DNA of 64,000 nt, taken from assembly GCA_951406725.2 (NCBI GenBank), contig OX597842.1:2914001-2978000 (forward strand), read 5' to 3'. A model generated the notes under the pieces. That model made no database searches, was not told the origin of the DNA, and saw only the letters and a program-made list of their open reading frames with translations. Origin of the DNA: Octopus vulgaris. Its lineage: Eukaryota. Positions 36,940-50,958 of the stretch are shown piece by piece (within the stretch, counting starts at the first letter, position 1; each line of letters starts with the position of its first letter). The position numbers were made by a program, and so were the translations under genes.

Positions 36940-37592
36940 TGCTGATGGTGCGGCAGGTAGCTGTGCTAGTGGTGGTAGTAGTTGTAGTGGTTGTGGTGGT
37001 AGTGTTGGAAAGTGGTACTTGTGGTGGTGGTGGTGGTGATGATGGTTGTGGTAGTAATAGTAGTTGTAGTGGTGGTGGTGTGGTGGTGGTTGTTGTGGAA
37101 GTAGTGGTAATAGTGGTGGTAGTAGTAGTAGTAATAGTAGTTGTAGTGGTGGTGGTGGAAGTAGTGGTAATGGTGGTGGTGATGGTTGTGACAGTAGTAG
37201 AGTGGTGGTGGTGGTGGTGGAGATAGTAGTAGTTGCGGTGATGGTGTTAGTAGTAGTAGTAGTGGTAGCAGTGATGGTGGTAGTAGTGGTGGTGGTGGCT
37301 GTAGTGGTTGTGGTGGTGGTTGTGGAAGTAGTGGTAATGGTTGTAGTAATAGTAATTGTAGTGGTGGTGGTGGTGGTGGTGATGATGGTTGTGACAGTAG
37401 TAGAGTGGTGATGGTGGTGGAAATGGTAGTGGCATTAGTAGGATGGTAGTAGCATTAGTAGTAGTGGAGATGGTAGTAGTGATGGTGGTAGTAGTAGTGG
37501 TGGTGGTAGTAGTGGTGGTGGTGGTAGTAGTGTCGGTAGTTAGGTGGTAGTAATAGTAGCGGTGATGGTGGTGGCTGTAGTAGTGGTGGTGG
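36940..37592 (+). repeat. Degenerate (GGT/AGT)n tract
   Basis: Triplet low complexity. Confidence 0.9.
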
Positions 37593-37714
37593 TATTTTAT
37601 TAATTTTTTTTCCACTGTGAGGGTCAGCAGATCATTCATAAAAAAAGCAGCTCATAAGATTTTAGGGAGCAGGAGATGGCTTTAGAAACACATCCCAATA
37701 TATGTCTGTATATG

Positions 37715-37747
<33 letters not shown>

Positions 37748-37963
37748 GTGAGTTTGGAGGGATATATTATCTGGGCGGATATCATGTTAGCTCTTAGTTA
37801 GGTTCCACTTAATGGCTAACCACAGCAATCAGTATCTAACATCTGTGACTACATTTAATTGTTAGTCACTCTGTGCATTCTTCCGATGAGTAATTCCATG
37901 TGTCTTACGCTGGACAATAAAAATTGTCTGGAGTGTATATTAGTATCAATAAATAAAGAACAC

Positions 37964-38375
37964 AGGCGCAGGAGTGGCTGTGTGGTAAGTAGCTTGTTTA
38001 CCAACCACATGGTTCCAGGTTCAGTCCCACTGCGTGGCACCTTGGGCAAGTGTCTTCTACTATTGCCTTGGGCCGACCAATGCCTTGTGAGTGGATTTGG
38101 TAGACGGAAACTGAAAGAAGCCTGTCGTATATATGTATATATATATATGTGTGTGTGTGTGTGTTTGTGTGTCTGTGTTTGTCCCCCTAGCATTGCTTAA
38201 CAACCGATGCTGGTGTGTTTATGTCCCCGTTACTTAGTGGTTCGGCAAAAGAAACCGATAGAATAAGTACTGGGCTTACAAAGAATAAGTCCCGGGGTCG
38301 ATTTGCTCGACTAAAGGCGGTGCCCCAGCATGGCCGCAGTCAACTGATTGAAACAAGTAAAAGAGTAAAAGAGTA
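37964..38375 (+). mobile_element. SINE family A, well-preserved full-length copy
   Basis: GGCGCAGGAGTGGCTGTGTGGTAAG...GTAAAAGAGTAAAAGAGT. Confidence 0.92.
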
Positions 38376-38751
38376 ACACAAGTTTTATTACTCTTTATTA
38401 TTATATATTTATATATTATTATATATTTATATATCACCCACTACACTCTCGGAGTGGTTGGCGTTAGGAAGGGTATCCAGCTGTAGAAACACTGCTAGAT
38501 CTGACTGGACTGGTGCAGCTTTCAGGCTCCCCAGACCCCAGTTGAACCGTCCAACCCATGCTAGCATGGAAAGCGGACGTTAAATGATGATGATGATGAT
38601 GATGATGATGGGCTTCAATTCTAGGGCTATCTCCACTACAATAGATCCCTCGACTATCCTGGGTGTTAAGTTCCAAAACCTCTCATGAAAGGTGAAAATC
38701 TGCAAAGTAGAAACAGTACTGTACCGTATATATGTTTTTTATCATTTTTAT

Positions 38752-39168
38752 AACTCTTTAGTCTTTTACTCTTTTACTTGTTTCAGTCATTTGACTGAGG
38801 CCATGCTGGAGCACCGCCTTTAGTCAAGCAAATCAACCCCAGGACTTATTCTTTGTAAGCCTATTACTTATTCTATCGGTCTCTTTTGCTGAACCGCTAA
38901 GTGACGGGGACGTAAAAACATCAGCATCGGTTGTCAAGCGATGTTGGGGGGACAAACACAGACACACAAACATATACACACACATATATACATATATATA
39001 TATACGATAGGTTTCTTTCAGTTTCCATCTCTGAAATCCTCTCACAAGGCTTTGGTTGGCCCGAGGCTATAGTAGAAGACACTTGCCCAAGGTGCCACGC
39101 AGTGGGACTGAACCCGGAACCATGTGGTTGGTAAACAAGCTACTTACCACACAGCCACTCCTGCACCT
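38752..39168 (-). mobile_element. SINE family A
   Basis: Full match. Confidence 0.9.
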
Positions 39169-39444
39169 ATTTAGCCTATATAATTTATATATATTTATTT
39201 TATTATAAATGCAAAACAACACCCCACACTCGCCTCCCAAGTTTCCTTTTCCATACAGTATGTGCGATTCTTTTTTTACTCATCTACAGTACACTATGCA
39301 TTTTCTTTTAATATATTTTGATTAATGTATTATACAGTGCAGTACTGTGCTCTATTTTTATTTATTAATTTATTAATTTCTAGGTGTGAGAATATTTATT
39401 TTACCACAGAAATAATTAAAAATCTAAAAGAAATATAAATACCT

Positions 39445-39835
39445 ATTGGCTGGGATATGTAACTCACTGCCTAAATACCAATCTTGAGAAATTTGGCTTC
39501 TCAAAACCAGAAAAGAGAAAGCTAATCCGAAGACTACAGATCCAATCCAATCCATCACTGGAACTGTAAAAATCTGTAAAACTTACCAGAAGTTTATCAT
39601 TTAAATATATATGAGTATGTTTAGATATGTAACTATATGCATGAGAATACATACATAAAACACAAATCTGCACATACATACATACATAATTATATACATA
39701 AATACATACATACAAACAAAAATACCCTGTTGTTGATGTTGAAATTCCAATGAAGGAGCCTTAGATCTAGGTTAGAAACCAATTCTTTCTCTGTTGGCAA
39801 GAAATCTTGAAATAAAACTGAACAATGACATACAT
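39445..39835 (+). mobile_element. 3' end of an R4/Dong-like LINE (ORF end plus 3' UTR)
   Basis: LGYVTHCLNTNLEKFGFSKPEKRKLIRRLQIQ overlaps the end of 60437-60900; ends AATAAAACTGAACAATGA-CATACAT. Confidence 0.7.
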
Positions 39836-40410
39836 ATATCAGACTGTTGGGTGTGAATTGAGGGAAGTTTGGTTGCTATTTTTACCAGGTCTAGCTACCA
39901 TGTAGAAGTATCCCTCATTGGCTCATACATACATATATACACACAGAAGACAGCAGAGAATGACTGGAGGGAGATTTGGTGGCTATTTCAAAAGGATTTA
40001 GCTTCTATGTAGAGGTAAGAAGGTAGAGTGTGATTTGAGGGAGATTTAGCTGCTATTACTACAAGTTCCAGCTACAGTGAAGCTGTCTCCCTCATTGGCT
40101 CATATATGCATTAATACATACATAAATGAGTAGGGTGTGATTTGAGGGAGATTTGGCTGCTATTTCAACCAGGTCTATCTACCATGTACAGGTCTCCCTC
40201 ATTGACTCATACCTACATATATACATACGTAAGACAGAACAGTTTGATTTGAGTGAGACCTGGCTGCTATTTCTACTAGGTCTATCAACCATGTAGAGGT
40301 CTCCCTCATTGGCTCATACATACTTATATACATACATAAGACAGTAGGGTGTGATCTGAGGAAGATTTGGCTGCTATTTCAAACATGTCCATCTTCCTCC
40401 CTCATTTTGT
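39836..40410 (+). repeat. Tandem ~105-bp repeat (about 6 units), same family as 8895-10110
   Basis: GTGTGATTTGAGGGAGATTTGGCTGCTATTTC...CTCCCTCATTGGCTCATACATA units. Confidence 0.85.
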
Positions 40411-40659
40411 ATGTAAGGTATGCAAAGTCACAGAGGCTCTTAAGTGGAAGTAAATTGGCGAGTGGTTTGGGCGGTAGTAGAAAGGGGCTGGAGGGGTATT
40501 TCACACCCGGGAGGGACACTACATTATGCAAAGAGGTTGATAATTATGGCGATGGTAATAGCAAGAGTGGTGAGTAGAGGAGGGTGGAGAGAATTGGTGG
40601 TGGGCAATGATGATCGTGGTGAGGGGTTGGTTGTGATGACGGGTGGTCGTAGTGTTGGT

Positions 40660-41090
40660 ATTATAGTGATGGTGGTGGTGGTTTTGGTGGTTGTGGTGGT
40701 GGTGGTGGTGGTATTGGTGGTTGTGGTGGTGGTGGTGGTGGTGGTATTGGTGGTGGTGTGGTGGTGGTGGTGGTGGTGGTGGTGGTGGTGGTGGTGGTGG
40801 GTGGTGGTGGTGGTGGTGGTGGTGGTGGTGGTGGTGGTGGTGGTGGTGGTGGTGGTGGTGGTGGTGGTGGTATTGGTGGTGGTGGTGGTGGTGTTGTTGG
40901 TGTTGGTGGTGGTGGTGTTGGTGCTGTTGGTGTTGGTGGTGTTGGTGGTGGTGGTGGCCATCTGAAGTAACACTGGTGGTATGGTATTTGAGTGAGAGTT
41001 GGTGGTGATTTTGGTGTTTGTAGTGGTGGTTGGGACAATAATGATGGTATTGGTGATGGTGTGGGTGGTGGTGATAGTCCTGGTGATGTA
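40660..41090 (+). repeat. (GGT)n tract, near perfect in the centre
   Basis: Over 100 bp of nearly pure GGT at 40760-40870. Confidence 0.95.
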
Positions 41091-41587
41091 ATTGTCACTG
41101 TGTAAACTCAACCATTATAAATTGTTAGTTAAATAACAACTTGGTTTTTGTAACATTTCACACAAGTAGACATAGTCAATGCTGTGTGATTAAGAAGCTT
41201 ACCTTGCAGCCACCAGGTTCCTGGTTCAATCCTGCTGCTGCACCCACTTTAGACAAGTGCCGTCTATTATAGCCCCAGGCTGACCAAAGCGTTGTAAGTA
41301 AATTTGGAAGAAAACTGAAAAAAGACCATCCTCCCATCCCATCTCACCCCATCCCATATGTGTATATGTGTGTATATATATATCTGTGTGTGTCTTTGTG
41401 TACTTGTTTGTCCTCGAACAGCTTGACAATCAGTGTTGGTTTGTTTATGTCCTTGTAACTTAGTTGTTCAGCAAAAGAGACCAATAGAATAAGTACCAGA
41501 CTTAGAAATACTCAACCCTTCAATGTGGCGCCCCAGCATGGCTGCAGCCCAGTCAAATGTCTAAACAAAAGTTAAAAGGTGTATATA

Positions 41588-41657
<70 letters not shown>

Positions 41658-43464
41658 TTAGACTAATATTGAACAGTAAAAACGAGTGCTCAACAACGCA
41701 TGGTGAATAGTTATTCTTTATTTGTGGGTCAACAAGGTTACCAATGGTTTCATTTTAAGAGAGGTCTTTACAGTTGTTTAAGCATACTTCATGGAAATAT
41801 TTAGTGTCTGCTTTCTATAATGGCATGGTTTAGATGGTTTGACCAAAACTGGTAAATTGGAGAGCTGCACCAGGTTCAATCTGATTTGCCATGGTTTCTA
41901 CAGCTGGATGCCCTTTCTGACACCAACCATTCCAAAAGTGTAATGGGTGCTTTTTACATGTCACCAGCTGAGGTGCCTGTTATATGATACCAGCATTGGC
42001 CCCGACTATGATTTCACTTGGCGTGACGTATCTTCTCAAGCATGGCATTTCGCCAAAGATCTGTCATTTATCACCTCTGTGAGGGTCAATATTCGAAGGG
42101 TGCTTTTTGTGTGCCTCCAGAATGGGTGCCCGTTACGTGACACCAGCATCAGCCATGATTGTCATTTGATTTTGCTTGATGGATCTTCTCAAGGACGACA
42201 TATTCTTTTCTTTTCTACTCTTGGCACAAGTCTGAAATTTTCAGGATGGGGGCCAGTGAATTAGATTGACCCCAGTATGCAAATGGTACTTAATTTCTCA
42301 ACCCTGAGGATGAAAGGTGAAATTTGAACTCAGAATATAAAGACAGACAAAATACTGCTAATCATTTCACCTGGCGTGATAGCATTTCTGCACAACATAC
42401 TGTCAAAGGTCTGTCATATATCATTTCCTCCATGAGGTCCAATGTTCAAAGGTCATGTGTCATCACCTCACCCTACGTCTTCCTAAGTCTACCTCTTCCA
42501 CAGGCTCCCTCACAGTTTGAGGTCGGCAATGTATGTGTGTGTGTGTGTGTGTCTTTGCCTGTGTTTGTTCCTCACCAATTCTTGACAACTAATGTTGGTT
42601 TGTTTACATCCTTGTAACTTAGCAGCTTGGTAAAAGAGACTGGTGGAATAAGTACCACATTCAGAATAAAATAAGTACTGGCGTAAGAGTAGGGGGTCAA
42701 CCCATTACTTTTCTCATGTTTGTAAAACTTTAAGCAATGCAAATTTAAGACAAACAGCCAATACACATAGAGAGATAGCTACTATGAAATACTTCCATGC
42801 CTGCTACCTCTGACAAGTACATAGTTTTACATAACTGGGTTGTTATCTAACATTCAGTTTATGATCCTGTGCAAAACCAATTTATAATGGATTTTATTCT
42901 TCATTTTATTCTGTATTTTGTTTAGCACTTTCTTCCTTATAATCTGACCATTAAGTTACGGTCAAGCTGACCCCTTTTTCCTTTTCATTTGTCTGTTAAT
43001 TTATTTTGTATTTTGATTGTCAACAACTGGAAATGACACATGGCTTTCATCATCATCATCATCATCATCATTTAGCGTCCGTTTTCCATGCTAGCATGGG
43101 TTGGACGGTTCAACTGGGGTCTGGGAAGCCAGAAGGCTGCATCAGGCCCAGTCTGATCTGGCAGTGTTTCTACGGCTGGATACCCTTCTTAATGCCAACC
43201 ACTCCGTGAGTGTAGTGGTGCTTTTACATGCCACCCGCACAGGAGCCAGACGGACCTGGCAAACGGCTACGGACGGATGGTGCTTTTTACGTGCCACCGG
43301 CACGGGGGCCAGGCGAGGCTGGCAACGGACACGAACGGATTGTGCTTTTTACGTGTCACCGGCACGGAGGCCAGTTGGGGCTTTGAGGCCTGCTGGCTTT
43401 GAGTATGCATTCTCACACTGAGTAAAATGACAGTAGGATCTTACATAGAATCTATTTAAACATC

Positions 43465-43566
43465 CACCTGATGAAGTGCATTTTACACCTTGGATGGATG
43501 ATAATTATTACATAACATTTCACCAATGTACTATGAATGTAAAAATGTGTCGAAACAGTTGTAGTG
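43465..43566 (+). ncRNA. Minimal type-I hammerhead ribozyme motif
   Basis: CAC-CTGATGA-AGTGCATTTT...AAAATGTGTC-GAAAC-AGTT-GTA^GTG. Confidence 0.7.
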
Positions 43567-44429
43567 ATTTTAAATAATAAATGTTGTTCATTCCATTTTC
43601 TGTCATTTTTATATCTGTACACTCTCTTACTTTATTCAAATTACTAAGAATCATAGTAAATGCATTTGGGATTCGTAAGACAGGAACATTAACTGATTTA
43701 AAGTGGTCCATTATTAGTTATGCACCATCATGAAGTACTGGTAATTTTAAATGCAGTTTTTGCCTTGAGGTAATGTATCACATAATTACTTCTAAATTAG
43801 TATTATTAAATTGTAAAAGGTATTTTATGTTGAACTGTTCTCACAAAAATAGAAAAACATTTAAACATTTCAATATTAAATAACCCATTAATTATAATTG
43901 CTTTTCATATAATCAAATATGCATAATTGTTCTAAAAAATTTTTTTTAGCATATTTAATAAATGGCTAATTATCAGGACATAAAAATTTCTGTTTCTAAT
44001 TGTCATGACATTGAATTCCTATATTTTTTCTTTATTCTTTTGTCATCCACTGAAATCATAAAAAGTTAAACACTAAACTGGCTTTTCTTAGAATATTATA
44101 TTTCTTCATAATGTTCTTTTTTATGTGTTCATCTACTGAATTATTTTCTTAGTTCACTTTGAACTTAACCCATTTTTGTTTGCCTTGATATCTTTCTATT
44201 AGCAGATATTTGTGGAGAGATGAATTTGACTGGTGTTCTATACTTTTTTCTGTATCTAAATATGCTGGCACAATAGAAACGTTTGTCAGTTATGTGTGGT
44301 GTAATCACCAATTAAAGATGTGATTTTCTCAATTCTTATATATATATATATATATATATATCATTAATATTATATGATATATATATATATTATTTGAAAT
44401 GTACAGTATTATATATCCATCACAGCTGA

Positions 44430-44510
44430 TCTTACCAATCGGTTTCACACTAGAGGTACAACAGAGTGTTAGGTAACAATCTGATTATATGACCCTATGT
44501 TCATCAGAGG
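44430..44510 (-). ncRNA. Minimal type-I hammerhead ribozyme motif
   Basis: Minus: CCT-CTGATGA-AC...GT-GAAAC-CGATTG-GTA^AGA; near-palindromic ACCGATTGGT; downstream ends in (TA)n at about 44337-44392. Confidence 0.6.
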
Positions 44511-44734
44511 TAGCCAATATGGAATCTCTTCAATGCTTTTGGTCCTAAAGCTGTTACCTCTGCCTCATATACAACAGTCTCTATATTACAGTGGCTGTTT
44601 AGTGGACATGTTGTGTTACCCCTATATGAGCATCCTGCTTCTGTCTCAAGTGTAGGCCTACTTTTTTTTACATTAGGGGCACAACTAAAGAAAATTCTCA
44701 GGGTAGGTCTATTGAGTATTTTGTTGAATCATTT

Positions 44735-44870
44735 GTACAGAGAATTGCTTTCAAATGTTCATCAGTCAACCTCGTTCGATGTGCTGACTCCACATACTTC
44801 ATTATTAAAAATGTTTGCTCACAAACTTAAGTCGTTCCAAACACTGATGCCATACCAGATGCAAATGCAC
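44735..44870 (-). mobile_element. hAT (Charlie/SPIN-like) transposase C-terminal dimerisation fragment
   Basis: Minus: AFASGMASVFGTT*VCEQTFLIMKYVESAHRTRLTDEHLKAILC. Confidence 0.8.
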
Positions 44871-44949
44871 TCTCATTGCAGGAACTTACACAAACGATAC
44901 AGTGCGGTGGTGGGTCGAATGGACTGACCTCATGGGCAGGACCTGGCCT

Positions 44950-45402
44950 ATGGTCTGTAGTTTGGTGACCCTGGGTAACTGGAAACTGGTAAGCTGGAGA
45001 GCTGCACTTGGTTCCTGCCTGGTTTGGCACAGTTTTTAGAGCTGGATGCCCTTCCTAATGCCAACAAAGAAGTAATGGATGTATTTTATGTGCCACTGGC
45101 ACGGGTGCCATTTAGATTACCCTGGTAATGGCCAAGACTATTATTTCACAGGTACCATTTACATGACACCAGCAACAGCCTCAATTACAATTTCCCTTGG
45201 CTTGACAAGTCTTCTCAAGCACAGCATATCGTCAAAGGTCTCAGTCACTTGTCATTGCTTCCGTGAGGCCCAACATTCAGAGATCCTGCTTCACCACCAC
45301 ATTCCAGGTCTTCCTAGATCTACCTCTTCTATAGATTCCCTCCACAATTAGAAATCAGCACTTCTTTACACAGCCCTCATCGTCCATACACATCACATGA
45401 CT
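44950..45402 (-). mobile_element. RTE LINE 3' end (ORF end plus 3' UTR)
   Basis: Minus: HVMCMDDEGCVKKC..VEGIYRRGRSRKTWNVVVKQDL..GLTEAMTSD..RYAVLEKTCQAK followed by the RTE 3' UTR motifs. Confidence 0.8.
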
Positions 45403-45534
45403 ACACACACACACACACACTCACACACACGTTGTTCAGTATTACATAAACAAGTATTATTTCGAAAATCAGCAAAAATGAGTACAGTGAACTTGTTGTG
45501 TATAAAAAATGTGCATGTATATATATATATATAT

Positions 45535-45680
45535 GAACCACATGATTCCGGGTTCAGTCCCACTGTGTGGCACCTTGGGCAAGTGTCTTCTACTATAGCC
45601 AGTGAGTGGATTTGGTAGACGGAAACTGAAAGAAGCCCATCGTATATATGTATTTATATATATTTATATATATATATATG

Positions 45681-45737
<57 letters not shown>

Positions 45738-45960
45738 ATATATATGTTTGTGTGTGTTTTTGTCCCCCTAACATCGCTTGACAACCAATGCTGGTGTCTT
45801 TATGTCCCCGTAACTTAGCGGTTCAGCAAAAGAGACCGACAGAATAAGTACTAGGCTTACTAAGAATAAGTCCTGGGGTCGATTTGCTCGACTAAAGGTG
45901 GTGCTCCAGCATGGCCACAGTCAAATGACTGAAACAAGTAAAAGAGTAAAAGAGTTAAGA
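45535..45960 (+). mobile_element. SINE family A (5'-truncated, expanded internal TA)
   Basis: Match to family A. Confidence 0.85.
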
Positions 45961-46605
45961 GTATATATGTGGCTTTGTGTTTGTCCTTTCCACAAATCAC
46001 TTGAGAACCGGTGTTAGTATATTTACATCCTATTAACTTAGCGGTTTACAAAACTGAAACTTATCAAATAAGAAACAGACTATTAAAAACAAAAAAAAGT
46101 ATTGGAGTTGATTTATTCAACTAAAATCATAAACATGATGCTCATGCATGGCCGTTGCCCAATGACTAAAACAAGCTCTTGATGAAAGAAATAAAAGAGA
46201 AATTATTGAATTTTTAAAAAATATTAACAGCAAATTATACTTCCAAAACTTCACAATTCTATCAAGGTTTACTAATTTAATGGTGCAAGACGTGTTGAAA
46301 ATTAACGAGTTTAGAAGCAAATCTAATTAAAAATGTCAATAGACTCTTAAACTTATATTTTCCACAGATTAGTTCAAGACTGAAGAAAAGCAAAGTTACA
46401 TGAGTTTCAAACTGGAGACTGACAAGCATGTGCATGTGTGTATATATATACACACATACATACATATGTGCGTATACATACACACACTCACACTCATGTG
46501 TGTATGTGTTATGTTACATGTATATGTTCTAGTATTTATTTATACACACATATATATATTGAATATATATATATATATGCACATATATATATACACATAT
46601 ATATA

Positions 46606-46659
<54 letters not shown>

Positions 46660-46744
46660 TATATATACACACATATATGTACAAATGTGTATACATCTAT
46701 ATATGGTATATTGAATCATATATATGCAGAGAATATAAATATTG

Positions 46745-46871
<127 letters not shown>

Positions 46872-47431
46872 CATATATACACACACATATATATATGTAT
46901 ATATATGCATATATACATATATATGTGTATATATATAAATATATATATATATATGTGTATATATATAATATATATATATGTATATATATACATATATACA
47001 TGTATATATTTATATATGTATATATATATATATGTATATATGTATATATGTATATATGTATATATGTATATGACTTTTATTTGCAAATGTTCCTGTTTAG
47101 GCAACATACAAAATTGTATTCGAAGTTAGTAATGAAATTTTCCAAGACATCGAGGCGTTTTTAAATATGTGAAACAAAACACATACATGCCTACACACGT
47201 GTATGTACACATGCATACAAACGCACTACATGCATATATATATATACGCATAAATATTTATACAAACATATAAATATATATGTATGTAGCTGTATACATA
47301 TTTGCATAGGCATGTGTGTGAGCATACACATGAGCGTAGATATTTGCATACATATACACAGCTACTGATATACATACACACAAAAGCATACATGTATATG
47401 CATGTATATAGATATATTTGTATATACCGAA

Positions 47432-47484
<53 letters not shown>

Positions 47485-48169
47485 TATGTATGTATTTATT
47501 CATATTTGTGTCTGTGTGATATATATATATATATATACACACATATGTGTGTGTCTATTTATGGATATATATATATATACATACGCACCCATAAATATAT
47601 GAGGATTTATATATACATATGCATACATTTATACACATGTGTATTATATTTATGTACATATATGCAATTATACATATATATACACACACACACACACATA
47701 TATATATACATATGCACATACACACATATGCATATGTTTATACATACATTATCATACAATGTACTAGTGATATACACAGTTGCATAAAAATGTCCATGTA
47801 CATGCAAATGTATAGTTATACACTCACAAACGTGAACGCATACACACGTGCATACACACAAGTATACCCACATACATGAGTACATATAAACACACACAAA
47901 CATGTATACACACATATAAAACTTATACCAATACACACTGTGTGTATACAATATCTAAACGCATGCAAAATTAATGAAATTAGCACAAGGAGTTTGTAGT
48001 TGATTGTGGTATGTGTGTATATATTTATATGATACATTACCATATTATGTGTGTATATATTTTTACATATGAACAAAGACAATCTATTTCTGTTATATAT
48101 GTGTGTATGCATGTGTGTGTATACACATGTATACATACATAATTATATATACATTTTTATTTTATAAAT

Positions 48170-48202
<33 letters not shown>

Positions 48203-48354
48203 GACAGAGAGTATAGAGTATTCATAGAAAATATGTATATATATTTACACATGCACACATATATACATGTGCCTATATATATATATATATATATATTCAT
48301 ATATCCACCCACATTCACACATAAAGACATATATATATATATACATACATATAT

Positions 48355-48400
<46 letters not shown>

Positions 48401-48589
48401 TGACACAGACACATACATATGCATACATCCACCCATAGACATACATGTACACACACAAAAATACACTGATGCACACAAATACATACATCAACATACACAC
48501 ACACACGTATACACACACACACACAAACCTCACTATAAACAAAGTCCCTCATGTACTCTATGGAAAAGACGACCGTTTAAAGCTTAATT

Positions 48590-48915
48590 TATTTAAATGC
48601 TAATCTATTTCGCCTCTTCAATTGAGTTAGCGAAAGTAATCTTGGCTAATTCAGCACTTAACCACTTCCCTGGGGGTGATTTTCACTTCTGTGTGTTGCC
48701 CTGGCAACGGCAATTACCAAATGCTAAGCTATTTTCGAACGGGAGTCAAGAAACGGTGATGTAGGAAGGACGGAGTACACCAATTATCTGTTATCAGTGT
48801 AAGCGTACTCTGGTACCTGGGGTCTCATGGAGGAAGGGTGGATGCTGGGATGAGTCGTGTGACTGGTCTGTCTGATGAGGTAGAAGAGGATGTGAGCAGG
48901 GAACACTCCAGAGAT
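48590..48915. promoter_or_regulatory. Candidate cis-regulatory island (RFX X-box, COE/EBF-like site, paired GATA)
   Basis: Apparently unique sequence between long microsatellites; GTTGCCCTGGCAAC (48695-48708), TCCCTGGGGG (48667-48676), TTATCT/TTATCA (48784-48796). Confidence 0.35.
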
Positions 48916-48928
48916 TTCTCATGTGTGC

Positions 48929-49059
<131 letters not shown>

Positions 49060-49129
49060 GAGAGAGAGACAGAGATACATACACATACATGGATACACAT
49101 AAGTATATATATCATGTACATGCATACAC

Positions 49130-49169
<40 letters not shown>

Positions 49170-49229
49170 CAGGTATGTGTAGATAGATAGATAATTAGAG
49201 AGATAAATTGACAGATGTATAGATGGATG

Positions 49230-49262
<33 letters not shown>

Positions 49263-49756
49263 GCAGATAGATAGATAGATAGATAGATAAATTGACAGAT
49301 GTATAGATGGATGGATAGATAGATAGATAAATAGATAGATAGATAGATGGATGGATGGATGGATGGATGTACGGATTGTCAGTTAGATGGATAGGATTGC
49401 CATGTGTGTGTATCCTTGTATCTGTTTTTGTTCCCACACGACAACCACTTGAAAATTGGCATTGGTGTGTTTATGTCAATGTAACACAGCAGTTTGGCAA
49501 AACGGACTGACAGAATAAGTACTAGGTTTAAAACAAATAAGTACTGAATTCATAAAAACGGTGCCCCAGCATGGCCGCAGTCTAATGACTGAAACAAGTA
49601 AAGGGTAAAAGATATATATATATATAGGTTATGAGAGGTATTGGTGTCAGTAAGACCCAAAGGTGTCAGGTAATGCTGAGTAAGTGCTATGGATTGACCA
49701 TAGTTAAGCTCAAGGTGTGGTGATTATGTCAATGAGGAGTCCAACGTAGGTCATAT

Positions 49757-49972
49757 ACTCTTACTCTTTTACTCTTTTACTTGTTTCAGTCATTTGACTG
49801 TGACCATGCTGGAGCACCGCCTTTAGTCGAGCAAATCGACCCCGGGACTTATTCTTTGTAAGCCCAGTACTTATTCTATCGGTCTCTTTTGCCGAACCAC
49901 TAGGTGACGGGGACGTAAACACACCAGCATCGGTTGTCAAGCAATGCTAGGGGGACAAACACAGACACACAA

Positions 49973-50005
<33 letters not shown>

Positions 50006-50172
50006 CAGATATACGACAGGCTTCTTTCAGTTTCCGTCTACCAAATCCACTCACAAGGCATTGGTCGGCCCGGGACTATAGCAGAAGACACTTGCCCAAG
50101 ATGCCACGCAGTGGGACTGAACCCGGAACCATGTGGTTGGTTAGCAAGCTACTTACCACAGAGCCACTCCTA
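49757..50172 (-). mobile_element. SINE family A
   Basis: Full match. Confidence 0.9.
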
Positions 50173-50206
50173 GCATGTATATAAAAAAAACCCAGAATTT
50201 AAAGAG

Positions 50207-50254
50207 GTCTTACAGCTGTTTCTGGGATATTTTATATATCGCTTCATCAGAGAC
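50207..50254 (-). ncRNA. Minimal type-I hammerhead ribozyme motif (compact, intact core)
   Basis: Minus: GTCT-CTGATGA-AGCGATAT-ATAAA-ATATCCCA-GAAAC-AGCT-GTA^AGAC; stem I GTCT/AGAC; palindrome ACAGCTGT. Confidence 0.75.
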
Positions 50255-50958
50255 AGTGTGAGAAAATGGTTAAGCAATAGTTATTAGAGAGAAGATATGA
50301 AATAGAGAGTGAAGAGAGAGGAGTGGCTGTGTGGTAAGAAGCTTGCTTCCTAACCACATGGTTCTGGGTTCAGTCCCACTGTTGGCACCCTGGGCAAATG
50401 TCTTCTATTATAGTCTCATGCTGGCCAAAGCCTTATGTACTGGCCACTGATAAGATTTTTAACAATTTTATCCTTTTTGTATTATAACTGAATAAATTCC
50501 CATTCACTTTGGGACAGTTTAGCCATTCCCATGCTATCCTTGACCGGCTACAAATGTGTTGAGGCTTGCTATGGAGCTCAATACAGATATATTTGGGGTA
50601 CTTAGGTGCATTCATAACATTGCGTCTGCTTTTCTGTGGGTATTTGTAAGTATTTCATTTATTCCCTCGGTATTCTCTGCTGATGAATGAAAAAACTTTG
50701 GGTTAATCCAGAAATTAGTCCAGAAATGACTCAAGTTTATGAATTTCTCCCAGTTGGTCCCTTGCTTTCCAACACGTGTGTAATAATAACAACAGTGATG
50801 ATATTTAAGGGGATTCGACGATTTGGTGTCTCTTTTCAGCATATTGGCAAGAATTTTTTCTATGCTCTTAATTATAATTGTATTTATGATTTCACCTTAA
50901 TAGGTCTGTTTTTTTATAAGCTGGCCACTGATAAAATATTTAACAATTTTATCCTTTT

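Noticed and set aside
37964-38045. SINE heads as tRNA genes
   Set aside because: A and B boxes are present but there is no complete cloverleaf, and they continue into SINE bodies
48871-48915. CTGATGAG as a hammerhead core
   Set aside because: No stem II, GAAAC or stem I partner follows
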